A stretch of DNA of 63,656 nucleotides, filler included, from Cercozoa sp. M6MM (GCA_040357565.1; 11 parts of 11 records of this genome joined end to end with filler, not necessarily neighbours in it); one strand, 5' to 3'. Positions 11,601-25,250 are shown, counted from the first letter of the whole stretch. Numbers and translations are program-made. Notes: a model not told the origin generated them from the sequence alone.

Positions 11601-14600
11601 GATCGATTGACACCGAGAGCAGCAGAAGGCGACGGGATTTCCAGTCGGCTCGGCTTGCTCAGTGCAATATCGCCAAAGAACAGGTCGGCTCCAGTCGATT
11701 GCTTCTGCTGCTCAGTGTTTTCGTCGGTATGCACCGGAACAGGTGCCGTTGCCTCTGTGCTATCACAACTTTCTTCGCTTTCATTCTCGTCGAAATTTGC
11801 GTTTCTTTCGTTCTTCCACGTTGCGACGACGCTATTTCGCAACTGAGTGGCCGACATTGGCTCATCCTTTTTCGCACAATGATATGCGATGTCACCGTCA
11901 TTTTCCGTTGGGATTTTATCCTACAGCAATCAATGGCTTTGCTTTTAAAGGAACCCTGGTTCAAAAGACAACGCAGCAAAGGTGAAAATGCCGTTACCTC
12001 TGCTATTTGAACTGCTTCAACTTGCTCTTCTTCGACAGAATTGAAATTTCCCTGCGACTCCTGTCCAGAAACAACGACAGATGCGAGCGAAGAGTTCTTG
12101 GTTTTCACGTCTTGATTCGAGGAATTCAAAATTGCTACTGTAGAAACCGCATTTGGACTGGCAACGAGCCGAAGCTGCGGGCCAAAATTATCGAGATCTT
12201 CGTTCGAACTCAAGTTGTCCAGCAGTTTGGCACTGCCGATCGAGTCGTCGCTGTTGTCGATTCCCGTGACTTGCTCACCAAGGATGCTGTCATTCAACAG
12301 CGACGATTGTTTGCCGCCAAAATTCAATGAGTGTGACAGGTCGAGCACTGAACTGTCTCCAACTGCGGTTCGACTTTCGGAATAGCGCGAAGACCGACTG
12401 AAATTTCGCTGCCCTGGTTCCGCTCTTTCTGCATCCTCGCGACCGTCGTCTTCAACGATTGCTTCGAGATCGCCGTCGCCAACCGAGGCGAATAAAAAGT
12501 TGTTCCGAGATTTCAAGTGTTGCGCGGTGGCATTTTGGCTGCAGCAGCATAAAACACATACGCGCTCACTAAAGTTGACATGAAAGCATGAAAGCAAACT
12601 TACAAGCGCTCGTGGGCGCGATCCGTGCCGACCAGCGAGTGGATACCAGTCGCACGAGCAGGCTGGATCAAGTCTTGGCTGTCGAAGTCGGCAATGGCTG
12701 CCAACAGTGACGGTTGATGCTCTAAAATGCACACAATGAAAATACTGTGTCAACTGAAACCTGGGGGTTATTAAACTACCATCGCCAGCTCGGTCAAGAA
12801 CATAGTCAAGGCTCTCTTCGTCGGTCCTCATCGACTCCCTGTCTGCCCCAAGAACGACACCAAAATCAATGAATGCGTCTTCAGAGTCTTCGTCGATCTG
12901 TTCATCCAGTCGAATTTGAGAGTCAGTTGATTGACGAACAGCAAAGACTGAGTTGCGCACAGATTCAACTGTTCGAGAGAGGGCCCAAAGAAACGTGCGT
13001 TGTGCCGGTGCTTCCTTCTCGTTGACCTCTTCTTCGTCACTCTTGCTGCTGACTGAGTTAACGTTTATGTCACTCTCACTGACTGAAGTGGCCTCCGAAC
13101 TGTCTTTCTCTTGCTCTTTGCTGCTCTCGCTCTCGGCGACCCCTTGCAGCTCGTGAACTGACTCAAGCTTCTGCTTGGGATCGACTGAGTTTTTTTCTCT
13201 GCAATAGACAGTATCATAACTGTCAATCTATTCTCACAAAGGGTACATAAAACAGCTCACACGGCCGGCGAAGTCGGTTCCCTCTCCACGATAAGTGGAA
13301 CGCTCGTAGCGTCGACACCTTCTTCGCTCGGTTTGGTGCTTCCAGTTTCTTCTTCATATCCGTCGGTTTCCTCGGTGCTTTCGTTCTCGCTTTCATCTAG
13401 TCGATGGAGTGACAGTGATGCTACCTTTGGTTGTTTCGCACTGTCCTTAGCGTGGTGCTCTTCTTGTTCCACCGGTGCTTCTTCCATCGTGTCTTCAACA
13501 AAGCTGGTCGGGACTTGTGCTGTCTGCTGCCCTTGCTTGCGGCAGATTGAATCCCAACGAAACGCAGAAAACGCACCGGGACAAACCAAAGTTAGGCCAC
13601 ACATGTGCTCAACGCCCTGTTGACAGATAATTTCAATCACTGAGCTTTATCAACGAGTGCTTTACGTACCTTCATAAAAAAGCCAGTTGCGTACTCCCAG
13701 ATCTACAAAAGCGCAGGGTATTTTCAAGACTCTTCTTGTTTATGTACCCCAGATCAGTTTTGTACCTGAAATCGTCCCAAAAAGTTGTCTCTTGCCGCTC
13801 CGTCGGGCATGATTAGTGAGCTTGCGACAGAAACTTGTCCGCCGTCACAGTCAGTGCTTTGGAATGACTCAAGGACATTCACCTGCTCAGTGTCGTACAT
13901 TTACATCTAAAATATTAAACTGAGAAGGGGACATTACAGGGTTTTACCAAAGCAGTCGGTGCAGCGAATGTACCGACATCTGTTTTCGCAATGCAAATCG
14001 CAATGCGAATTCAATAATAGGTTTGATTTCTGTAACTCATTTACCAAAATTCACGACAACTCCAGGTCGTACGCTGCTTGCAAGCACATCGTAGAACCAA
14101 ATGTGCGAGTCGAGTTTGCCACCTGGGGAGGAAAAATTTAGCACCAGCGTGTTTGTAATGGTTTCGGTAATACCGTTTCGTTGTTTCGCGGCGATGAAGA
14201 GATTAATTGGTGCGTACGTTACTTGTTTGGTGTGTACACCGACACCTCCTTCTACTTCGCGTTGGAACCGAACTCTCGATTCAAAGATGCTAAAGAGGGA
14301 GTATGACGGGCATCTTAACTTGTGCACACCAATTCAAGGAAAGCTCTAGTACTGAATCTGCTGCTGATCTGGTCTTCCATCTGCGCAATCGGTACGTTTT
14401 CGTGCCGCCTGTTCAAACATACATGCACAAACACACCGAAAAGAAAGAGCAGTTTACTTACTTTAAAATCGAACAAGCCCAAGCGATTGAGCGAGTCGAC
14501 CGTGCTTTGATCCATCTTGTCAATACCATCGGCTAGTAGCCAGACGGAAATGCCCTTCCACGCCTCTTGACTGCCTCTCAGTGTACACAGCTGCAAGATC

Positions 14601-16234
14601 AAAACCAACAGCAGGTGAGGATGTTTCTTTAAGTGAGCTCTTTGATTAAAAAAGTGAGTATTCACCACACTGATGTTCTGTGCTATACTAGCGAGGGTAA
14701 GTGCAAGTTGTTCTACGAGCAGACACATCGAGATCAACACGGTATCTGTGTGGATTACAAGGAAAGTACCCCAGGGTTCGTTGTACATAAGGATAGCAAT
14801 CGCGGCTTCCTGAGGAAGCTGCCCTTCCAGCAAAGTAGTGTCAGCTGCCCCTTCGGTCTTGCTCTCACGTTTGTTTCCTTGTTTTTGCAGGAGGTGCCAC
14901 CTGATTGGTGCCACTCGCATTGCTGCCGCTGCACGCCGCACCGATGCAGACTTTCCCTCTCTGCAGAGTACTTCCTTGCTTCTGGTATCACTGCAATAGA
15001 AGACAGGGAGGGGCTATAATTACCGCATTGACGACACGATGCGCGTGTATCGTGGCCACACTGAATCATGCAAAGCTGCCACATGCTGTTGGAGTTGTGT
15101 TTCGAGCTGTGTGAGTTGCGCCTTGTGTCTCAGGGCCAACACGTCGAGGTCATACTTCCAGGTATCGTCAGTGTTCTCCTGATCGCCGTCCAGCTGCGTT
15201 ACACCGCATCCATAAGCTAGTCGGTTAAAAATTTATGTCGACTATACCATAGTATTCATCTCGGTATCCACAGTGGCGGTATCCATCGATCCCTTCACTA
15301 GCGTCGAAGTGTTGAACGTGAACACTTTGTTGCCTATGTGTAGATTTAAATACGCTGATGCCTGTTATCTCCAAAATGAGATCTCAACGTATCAGCTATG
15401 TTTAATAAAACATGTATACTGTACCTCTTACAGGACGAGAAATGAGACTCAATCCGGACGGACTTGTTCGATCCAGCGGTCCACTTGTCAGACCTGTGAT
15501 CTGCGAGATCTGCGACAACATCCCAATGTTGACAGACCAGACAAACATCAAATACGAGTAGTTTACGTCGGAGGTATCGAGAGATTCGGATGCGAACTTG
15601 AAAGGCTCGTCGAATGTTCCTACTAGCACTTGCTCCCTTGCTCGTTTTGAGATGTTCTGTAAAACTAGCTTTCGTTCGTCCGACTGACGTTTCCGCAGCT
15701 TGACCAACTATAGACACAAACAATTGTCGAGACAAGCAAGCCAAAGCGATCAACGAAGGGGTACCCTCGCATCATGTAGTTTATGAAGAGTCGCGAGCTT
15801 TTTTCGAAGCAAAACTTTCTCTGCGACAGCGCGCTCCTGTGCTTCGCGCACCTGTGTGTCTGGGTCATGATGCTGCACCGTGCTGTCACCCGATTCATCG
15901 ACGACTACTGCGTCCAGTGGAACAAACCGCAGTTTCAATGGCAATAAACGACCAAACTCGTGCGTGACTATAGTGCAGGGAGATTCAGATCCACATTCAC
16001 GAGTCGAGATTTTTCAGTACCGCGTCCATCGCCGGTGTCTGTCTCTGCATTCGCAGAGTTTGAGTACACGCTGTTGTACGTCGGAGCGAGCCGACGTCTT
16101 CGTCGCTGCTGCGCATGCTGTCGCGCTGCCTTTGCTCGTTTTCCGAATCTGTGACGCATCTTCGCGATGGTGCTCACATTCAGCGAGTTGTTACTCAACT
16201 TCAGTCTTGGACGAGCAGAGTGAGGAGAGTCCAT
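8644..16234 (-). CDS. CHS: Chitin synthase (GT2, division-1-like motif set), multi-exon, with very large internal insertion
   Basis: Ordered motifs: AILMYNE, WKGISVWLLADG, KQRN..GKLDSHIWF, F|DVGT, Q|IWEY, CPGAFSAFRW, LALAEDRLL, FTDVP..LRQR|RRWTNGS, several TM helices, YAVSRLDDLSWGT. Start ATG 16234 and stop 8644 are inferred from frame-consistent splicing. Confidence 0.92.
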
Positions 16235-16654
16235 TTCGCAAATTGAAACCCGGGCGCTTCCCGGCGTTGGCACCAAAGCGGTGTACTTACCTATTACGTT
16301 TTTATCTAATATCTGTGATTCTGCCTATTCAAAGCGATACTCTTTTCCAAGCACGCCGTTTATTTCTCAAGCACCGCGCGGAACAAATCCAAAACACACG
16401 AGAGATAAACCTTAGATGTATAAGAAACATGAACAGAGTTTCACTAAATCAAGCACAGCTACACAACCGACTTCACCGAGATAGGTTTCGAAAATCCTGG
16501 GACACCGGCAGCGAATGTTGCGAGCTTGGTGTTCTTTTGCCAACGCGGATGGCGCATTAATTCTCTCGAGAAACGTCGCGCAAGTTGAGCAACGCAAAGA
16601 GAAACGCAGTTTGGCCCATTAGGCTTTTTGTACGTGTTCGGATCCACTACGACG

Positions 16655-19600
16655 ATGGTTCGCTACCACGTAAGTTGGGTTTCACCGGTTTCGTTCCTCG
16701 GAAAGCTGAATGCTTGTTTTGCCACAGTTCGTGTTTCAACTGAAGGAGCTAGAGCTTGAAGCGGCTGGCGTGGGAGCACGGCTTCCGGTTGGGACTTCCC
16801 TGGTATTCAAATGGCAGCGCGTTCAGCGCCGCGTTGGTAATCTGCATCTGCTGCTGTTGTGTCTGAGACTTACCCACCCGGGGTATGCATAACAGGTGAG
16901 CAGGACCGAGTTCACACACTTCTTCGTTCCGATACACTCGAGTGTAAACTACATATTACTGCCCATGGAAGAGTTTTGTCTTTGACTGTTAATATGTCTA
17001 CTACATCCAAAAAATCAGGTATGCGTAAAGGACCTCGAGAGATATCCCTGGTGCTTGGACACGTGATTCGACAAAGTTCTCGACTGCCGGGAACCGGTCT
17101 TCCCGAGGAACACAGCGTCAGTGGACTGACGGAAGACTTGCCGCAGAAGTTCGCTCGTTTTTTGCTGCAAACACAAGAGGTAGAGTTCGCAACTGTATGC
17201 CGAGGTAACTCGGTTGGAGTGCCGTTTTTTTTGTAGGGACGTGCAGTTGCCCAAGCAGAGATTGAGCTGCAAAAAGTCGTGTCGTCGCGAGGTGTGTTGC
17301 GTCGCACAGGAGACCTGCCGATTCCCTTGCGTGGAAGTGCATCGTTCGACCAGCTGCGCGGACACTTGCTGCTTTTTGTGGCTTCTGTGAGCGAGCTGCA
17401 CGGGGATGAGCGCACACCATTGGCGCTCGTGGACTTCACGCCGACGGCGTCGGTGGCTCCCAGCGGTGTCTCCGCCAAGTCGCGACCACCGCTCTCGTTG
17501 AAGCTACCTCCGCATACCTCGATTGGCAGTGCTCGATTGCCTTCCCTCCCGAGTGTGCAGATACACTCCAGTGTGCTTCCTGACAAACTCGATGCCTGGT
17601 CTGCTCGAATCGGCCGTCTGAGTCGCCTGGTGAATCGACTGCCCGAGGTACGCGAAACGTCGGTGCCACCTACGCCTTGCTCTGGAATTCCGCATGACCT
17701 CGTGAGTGCCGTGGGTCCGCTGAGTGTGCCGCCCTCCGAGGCGGGCACGCTGTTGGACCGGCACACGATCTCGATGGGTGCTCTAGCCAACAATATCGAC
17801 ATTGACCTGCCCAGTCGCGAGGATGCCGAGGCAGTGCACCGTCAAATCATGGTACAGTACCGACTATGTGCTATATTTTATTCACTCTGAGGTCAACTGC
17901 TTTCCTGTCGCAGATAGCAAAGGCCCAACTGGCGGCCGCAAAGGAATTGGACAAACCGGAACCAGTCGATATGTGCTCTGCAGCGCCTGTACCTGTTGAT
18001 ACTATTGAGTGTTGGCATCACCTCGTTGCTTCCATGAAATCCAGAGCTCTCGTTGTTCTGCAGAGTTCGGTAGCACACAAGGCGCCTTCGTTGCCGAGCA
18101 TGGGGGCACTGGACCGTGCTAAGATGCTACTAGCAGCGTATGACGACTGCCAGCCCATGGAAAACAGGAGTGCCACCAAGCACAGCAGCAGCAGCAGTAC
18201 GGGAGGTACCGGTATCGATGACTCCAGCAGCGGTCGCCCGGACAAAAGTGTGCTAGGAGAAGAAAACACCCAGCCTGTTGCTTCGTCACTTCTGGCTGCC
18301 GTGTCGGAACTTGATCACATGGTGACCCCACATGTGCCCCCTGAAACTCCCGTGGCCCACCGGTATCTTCTTCAGCCAAACTTATTCTCGTCAGTGATGC
18401 CACTTCCCCGCAGCATGTGGAAGCAAGCCGAACAGGCGAAAAAAGAGCGCCAAGCCCTAGAGAAGGAAACCCAAGAAAAGAAGGCATCGAACTGCAAGCT
18501 GCAAGACCAGGAGCTTGGCAGAGATATCACCAAGCAAACCGTGCTTTTGTTCAAGAAGGTCTCCAAGCCGCAGCTGCAGGACACTGCTGCAGGAGCTGTC
18601 GAGAAGGAGGCTGCTGCTGTATGTTGTCCCAAATTTAGCCTCATAGTATTCAAAGCTTTGGCCTCAGGTGTCTCCCACCACGGATGAAGATGACAAGTCA
18701 AAGCACGACAGCAAGGAAGGTAGCAGCAGCAGCCGCAGCAGTAGTCGCAAGCGACGCAAGAAGCACTCTAAATCCTCGTCGCGCAAAAAACGGTGGGCCA
18801 GTTTATCCCCATCACTATTCGCTCACCCAATTCCTCTCGAATCTCTTTGCTCTTTGCAGAAGTGAGAAACGCAAATCCAAGAGCTCACGCAGCCGCAGTC
18901 GGCGCAAGCACGGCTCGAGGTCGCACTCGCGCAAGAAATCATCACGACACCGCCGCAGCAGTCGACGCAGCAGTCGTAGCAGTCGCAGCAGTCGGCGTAG
19001 CGGTCGACGTCACCGCAGCAGTCATCGACGACACCGCCGTCGCCACAGCAGCGGCGACTACGTCGACAAGCAGATCAACACGTCGCCCCGCCCTTCGGTG
19101 CGACGCTTTTATCTCATTCATTTTTCCTGCCTGAGGGTAGCATTATGATGGTAGGCCACTGTGTCGACGTCCTTGCTGGCGCCTCCTCTCAATAGCGCTG
19201 TTGATCGACTCGAGCACATTGCTGATCGTATCGAACGTGCTGGTAGTTTACAGCGTTTCCTCCCACTGCCCTAACTGATCTGATTTCCTATACTCCTTTT
19301 GCATGAGTGCAGAAACAAAAGGCGAAAAAGACCAGAAGCAAATCCTCAAACTACAACAACGACACCAACTACAGCTCCGACTAACGCCACCTGCTCCTTT
19401 GAAGCTCCAAATGCGTTGTACTTGTCCCTTCATCCTCATTTTCGGAGACAACGAAGCGTTCACCTACTGCTTTAACTATAGCACAAGAGAAGAGCTCTCC
19501 AAAGCACTCGCCCTCAAAAGAACTCCTTAACGAGCGCAGCAACGAGACCCAGGTTAGCCCCGAGAAAAATGCGGCCGCCACTGAGACCGAGTACAATTTC

Positions 19601-20310
19601 GACGCAGCAACTGCGGTCGCACCAAAGTCCAGCAACCCGTTCACATACGACAACAATCCGAACCTCTCGGCAGCGTTAGAGCACGTGCGTGGCTTGTTGC
19701 AGACGACGTCTCTGACCACAGAAGGACTGCTAGGTGGTGTCAACCATGTGCCTCCGAGTTACCCCGCTTCTCCTGGCGATGTGCCGGTATACCCTGCGAT
19801 CAAGTCAGCAGTGCTCATGGACCCGACACAGGCTTATTCGCCGGTAAATGCCGCCCGTATTTCAGATCTAGTGTATACATGTGGTTGCTACCTGTCAGTC
19901 ACCGATGGGCGATGAGGATGACTACGCTGACTTCACTGCAACTACTCCGCTGCCTCCGCGCACGGCCGATTGGTCTGGTGTCTTCTCGAGCGCGGTCCAG
20001 GTACTTTGTGTTCCTCCTTTAGTTGGGTATGTAGTACGTGCACCTTGTTTCTAGAAACCCGACATTGACATCGCCAACCTCTCGCTATCTTCGCAGGTAC
20101 GTATTCAGCTAAAACAGTTTGACCATACCTTTCAGGAGACTATTTGTTGATGAATGCGCAGCGACCGCCAGCTGCAATGCACCCAACAGTGCGAACGGGT
20201 GGAGGCTATGGCTACATGTACTAGTCACGCGTGATGGGGCTTCAACAAAGCAATACCACGACAGCACTGTTCTTGCAGCACGGTCACAGCCAATATTCAA
20301 AAGCACTAGA
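16655..20310 (+). CDS. Probable NT-C2 (EEIG1/EHBP1-type C2) domain protein with long disordered tail and R/S/H-rich tract; 3' end uncertain
   Basis: MVRYH|FVFQLKELEL..SLVFKWQR..PQKFARFLLQ..GRAVAQAEIELQKVV..LPIPLR..GHLLLFVAS follows the NT-C2 strand pattern; later exons encode Pro/Ser-rich and SRSRSRRKH..SSRRSSRSSR segments. Confidence 0.55.
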
Positions 20311-20664
20311 CTGCCGTTCAGTTTACTACTATACATGATCGCTCGACAGGCGCGAAGGACGCGACGGAATGCGCCGGCACTTCAGCGGAAGTACCCCTTA
20401 AAGTCATCACACCGCCGCAGTTTTTACAGGTCGTGCTGAAACTGGCACGCACAATCCAGTCCGTCGAACGTCCAGTCTGTTCGACGTATTCGTAACCTGT
20501 ATTATTGAAACCGCACGAGATCTTCTCGTCTGCGCTGAACGGAAACGACAAACTTGCCGTGCGTTGCGTTGCTCGACAAGCGAGGCAGACAATTTACGTT
20601 CGGATTACTACGCTTTTACTACGCTAAATTTCGGTGAACGTAACGTTGTCGTCACTGCGCCGCT

Positions 20665-23063
20665 TCAAGTCCGTCGTGAATAGTTATCTATGCCTAATAG
20701 CGCCGAGTGGCACTCGCAGAGGGCGAGTTGATGCTCACGTTGGCCGATGCGGGCAGGGGCGCTGCGAACAGAGCCTCCTGGCGCGGCTGTTGGAGCACGC
20801 GCACTCGCCAGCGGTGTGACTGTGCCTGTGGGTGCATAGAAAAGCCCTGGACATGCATTACGAAAGTTCTCTTCTGCGAGGGTGTACCAGTTGCCAGACC
20901 GATTCGTCGCTATCGTCATCAAAGGCCGCCTTGAGCAGCTTGGACTGCAACACCACGTGTATGCAAATTGCACATACACATCTTACCTCACAGAAGAAAG
21001 AACGAGAGGGGAGCATACGTGCACATTCGACGCCGTACGCTCGCACAGCAGCAGCAAGGCCTGCAGGTCGTCGCGACACGTGTCTTCGGCGGCCTCGGTG
21101 GCCTCAGTGTCCATGACCTGGGCACGCACCCAGTCACGTGCGTCGGCGCACTGCAGCAGCTGGCACAGCACGCCGACGGCGGCCACGGCGAGCGTGTTGG
21201 AGGTTGACTGGGCACGCCGCGCGAACGACACCAGCAGGCGTAGCAGCGGCGTCCGCGCGGACGCTTCCGCTCGGAGACACATGTGTGCCACCAACAGCGC
21301 AACCGGACCGAGGTCGGCGACACGCGTCACGCCACTCAGCGCCGTCTCTAGCGCAGCAGTCAGCCGCTTCAACCGATCACTGACAGTATCGTCAATGACG
21401 GTGCTATCACTGACGGTACTGCTGTCATTGAGAAGTCGCAGCAGCACGGCGGCACAGTCACGCGCACACAGTGATCGGTCGCGTGCGCGCGGAATCAACG
21501 GCAGCAGCGTTGCCACCGAAACACCATCGGGCACGGCGGCGAACGACAGTCGCAGCAGCGACGCCAGTGCCGACACGGCCAGTGGCGACGCACGTGCCAG
21601 TAGAGTCGACACGTGGCGTGCCTGGAGCCAGTAACCTCACATACCCACACTCACACACCCCACACAGTGGGACGTTGGTGTACCGCGTCAGCGAAACCGT
21701 CGACAGCGCCGCCGTCGCTCACTTCGATCATGCGATCGATCGCACGCGTCAGAGTCACCCAGAAAACGTCGCACGTGCGCTTCCTCTGCACAGACAGACA
21801 CACAGACACAGATACACACACACACCATACATATATACAGGGTACATGCACAAACTGTACAGAAGGGATACCAAAGAGAATTGCACGAAGGCACGACGTG
21901 CATCCACTGTGGCCCAGTCCGACGAGTCTACCGATGATCGGAAAGTAACGGGAGGGGGGGGGGGGTAACGGGACAAACACACCATGCGAATCGACGCTCT
22001 CATTGGAAGCGGCCAAAGAGACGATCTGCGTCANNNNNNNNNNNNNNNNNNNNNNNNNNNNNNNNNNNNNNNNNNNNNNNNNNNNNNNNNNNNNNNNNNN
22101 NNNNNNNNNNNNNNNNNNNNNNNNNNNNNNNNNAAAGGGGGCTAAATGGGTAAAGGGGCATGATACCTCTAGGCGCGTTCAGCAGGTACTCGATCAGGTA
22201 GGCACGCGGCTCACCGTCGCCGACGTCGTCAGTGGCGGCATCATCACTAACAGCGGCACCGTCACTCAGTGCCAGTGCACGTGTCATCTGCGCCGCCAGT
22301 TCGTGCAGAAGCCAGCCGTGTGCGTGTGCATGTGCCTCCTTCTACACAAAACATACACATACACATACACACAAATATATTGTGTGCGGGTGGGTAACAA
22401 AACTACCCAAGCACGGTCCAGCAGCGCCGTGTTGCGCGCTCCCGGCAAACGGTTCACCGTATCCAACAGCTGGATATCCACACCAAGGCGAATGACAAGG
22501 AAGACGGGGGGGGGGGGTAAACAAGGGTATGCAACACAGCACGTACCTGCATGGCCAGCGAGTGCGGCGCATGCAGCTGCGGCAGCGCGTCCAATGCCGT
22601 CTGCAGCGCCGTCTCCTGCAACAACAGTGTCGCACGCTGCCGCTGCTTCATTCTGCCATCAGAAATATCAGAGTAAGAGGAGTGGGTGAAGCAAGGGTGA
22701 AGCTACTCCTGCAGCAGCGACTCGTGCAGTGACGGCGCCAACGCGTCGCTCTCCTCCGTCCGCCGCTCACTACTCACACCACATACACACGGGTCAGAGA
22801 CGGTTGCGATCAATGACCGGAGTTGATTGATCAGGCACATACGTGTGGAGTGTGTACATGGAGGTGTCGTCAGTCATGGCACTGTGGCCCTCGTCGGGCA
22901 AAGCCGTGTACACCAGCACAAAGGCGCTGCGTGTCTTTTCCGTCTGCACAGGGCACACAGGACACGAATCACTAGGTACTGGTGTGCATGTGTACTGTGT
23001 GTGGATGTCTACCTTGTGCTTGGTGTCTCCGATGTTTTCCTCGCCTCCGTAGCACTCCTGTTG

Positions 23064-23140
<77 letters not shown>

Positions 23141-23260
23141 GAACTACCCCTCCTACCCGAGAGTCTGCCTACCTGATCGATGAGCGATGGGTCGAATGGC
23201 AACACGCGGTCGTCGTTCAGTTCGATCCAACGGTCGCTGTCGCTGTCGCTGTTGTTGTTG
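20665..23260 (-). CDS. USP34/USP24/USP9-like ubiquitin-specific protease, C-terminal part (5' part lost at contig end)
   Basis: RWIELNDDRVLPFDPSLIDQ|ECYGGEE..|TEKTRSAFVLVY matches the end of the USP34-type catalytic domain (WxxFNDxxVxPFD..ECFGGE..EKTHSAYMLFY), followed by helical Leu/Ala-rich exons. Confidence 0.78.
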
Positions 23261-23360
23261 NNNNNNNNNNNNNNNNNNNNNNNNNNNNNNNNNNNNNNNN
23301 NNNNTTAATTAATTAANNNNNNNNNNNNNNNNNNNNNNNNNNNNNNNNNNNNNNNNNNNN
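23261..23360. other. Artificial contig linker N44-TTAATTAATTAA-N44 (also 33433-33532, 38249-38348, 41503-41602, 44625-44724, 49911-50010, 54400-54499, 55768-55867, 60166-60265, 61927-62026)
   Basis: Identical 100-nt spacer with six-frame stops, ten copies; genes are truncated at each. Plain N gaps at 8152-8161, 22034-22133, 43230-43329, 51153-51252, 52230-52329 and 57363-57462 lie within scaffolds. Confidence 0.98.
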
Positions 23361-23413
<53 letters not shown>

Positions 23414-23437
23414 TTGTTATACTTGATGGTTTTACAG

Positions 23438-23719
23438 AACGGCCAGCGTCAATTCGTGCACATGCTGAACGCCAGTACACTCTCCTTTTGATGAGGCTAA
23501 CAAGGGTACTTAACGGATTACGTGTGTGTAGCACTGTGCGCGACGACGCGTACGATCTGCTGCATCCTGGAGAACTACCAGACGCCCGAGGGCATCAAGG
23601 TGCCCGAGGTGCTGCAGCCCTTCATGGGCGGCCTCGAGCTGCTGCCTTACGTGCGCGATCCGCCCGTCAACAAGACCAAGCTTAAGATGGACAAGAAGAA
23701 GGCCAAGCAGCAGAACTAA
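23438..23719 (+). CDS. SARS: Cytosolic seryl-tRNA synthetase, last two exons
   Basis: FVHMLNA|TLCATTRTICCILENYQTPEGIKVPEVLQPFMGG is class II motif 3 of eukaryotic SerRS; Lys-rich tail and TAA stop. Confidence 0.96.
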
Positions 23720-24064
23720 TCCGTTCACTTGTGTCTTTTTTTACTATCGTGTTACAGACTGACTCAAGTTATGCAGTCTCCCTGGGATGAAAGGCTGACC
23801 AGCCGAGCTGGTCTACTAACATTGAAGCAAAAGAGAAAGAAGAGTCAAGAGTTTGTGGGTCAGTGATTGAGCCGGCCAGTTGCTTGGCATCAGCTGAGAC
23901 GGGATTTTTTTCTCACTTCTTTAATTTAGTTCTTTAATCTTCGGCCAATCGTATGTTGGTTGGTACGCCAGTTAGTATGTGGTTCCCCTGTACCAGTCCT
24001 GGGGTGGGTCAACAGTTAGAGTTTAAATCGATTTAGTTCAGTTGGCGCGGGCGAAACGGCGGAG

Positions 24065-25207
24065 TCAACGAGCGGAGGGAGAGAACGCGGCGAACGAAAA
24101 CAGCAGTGCTGACGTGGCAGCTGCAATCAGAAGTGTGGCGACCCAAGACTGCGCATGTTCCAGCACAACATACCAGTTACTAGTACTATAATCATCAGTC
24201 AATGTGCAGTATTTCTGTACCGCAAACACACGCGAGAGAAGTGACCAATTGACGGCGCTTTTTCGTTGTTCCTCGGTGCACGCGACACCGACGGTTGCTC
24301 CGACTTGACTGAAAGCATACAGTAGGATTGAACAAGACACATCCAAACTGAGGAGTAGATTGTACCAGTGGGTGGTCGATACAGGAATGCCTAGTCTCGA
24401 AGCGAATGCCACCACGAAAGCCGTCGTGAACTACATCAATGAGAATGAAACCATGCGGTACAGTCTGTAGGATGGAGATTTACTTGAATAGAAAAGCCGC
24501 GCGAAGACGTTACCACAGCCAGTCTAATGTACAGATAGCACGATGCTAGGAGAAGTAAAACAAGCAGCGTTCCTCACCTACAGCCAACAGCTTCGATAAC
24601 GCGCCAGCCACAAAGCGCGAGTCCCAGAACGAGACCAGTTGCTCCGAGCAGCAGCACCCACACTGTTTTCCCATCGAAAATTCAACACTGACTGACCAAA
24701 ACTCGAGAGCAAAACCTGCCTGGCATTGAGGTATCCGGATGTGCCTCGCCTGTCTTATAGATGGCCACAATGGCTGCTAATGGACCGATAGCATTGGCAG
24801 TGTCATTGGCTACAGTTACAGCACAGGTAAACTCTGACTGAAAACTGAAGTAGTTTCTCTCACCGCCATGTGCAAAGGCGAGGAAGCACGAAGTTGCCAC
24901 TTGCATCAGATTGAAGGTTTTCTACACTCACGTATGCAATTTTTGCACTGTCACAAATATGAATACTCATTGAACTTACTTCAGTGGCCTCATCGAACTT
25001 CTCAGCAGTGTCTCGCATCGCTTGCACGTGCTGTTTCAGGCCAACAGAGGTCGGTAGAAAGAGCAGAATATAACAGGGTACTTACCGAGTCACGCGCAGC
25101 ACGCGCATGTAAGTCGACAGTACTGTCTTCGATGTCGATATCGATGTCGTCTTCGACAAAGTCATTCGCTTGTTCCTACAGCACGAGTAAGGTGTTTGAA
25201 TAAATAT

Positions 25208-25250
<43 letters not shown>

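Noticed and set aside
10904-13544. Chitin synthase insertion as an intein
   Set aside because: It starts with Cys but has no terminal His-Asn followed by C/S/T and no Hint or LAGLIDADG motifs; it is low-complexity and interrupted by introns.
23305-23316. Recurrent TTAATTAATTAA motif
   Set aside because: Synthetic six-frame-stop spacer inside N runs.
23780-23830. Hairpin gaccagc-cga-gctggtc in the SerRS 3' region as a SECIS or snoRNA
   Set aside because: Short 7-bp stem only; no complete SECIS core or C/D, H/ACA boxes, and no Sec codon.
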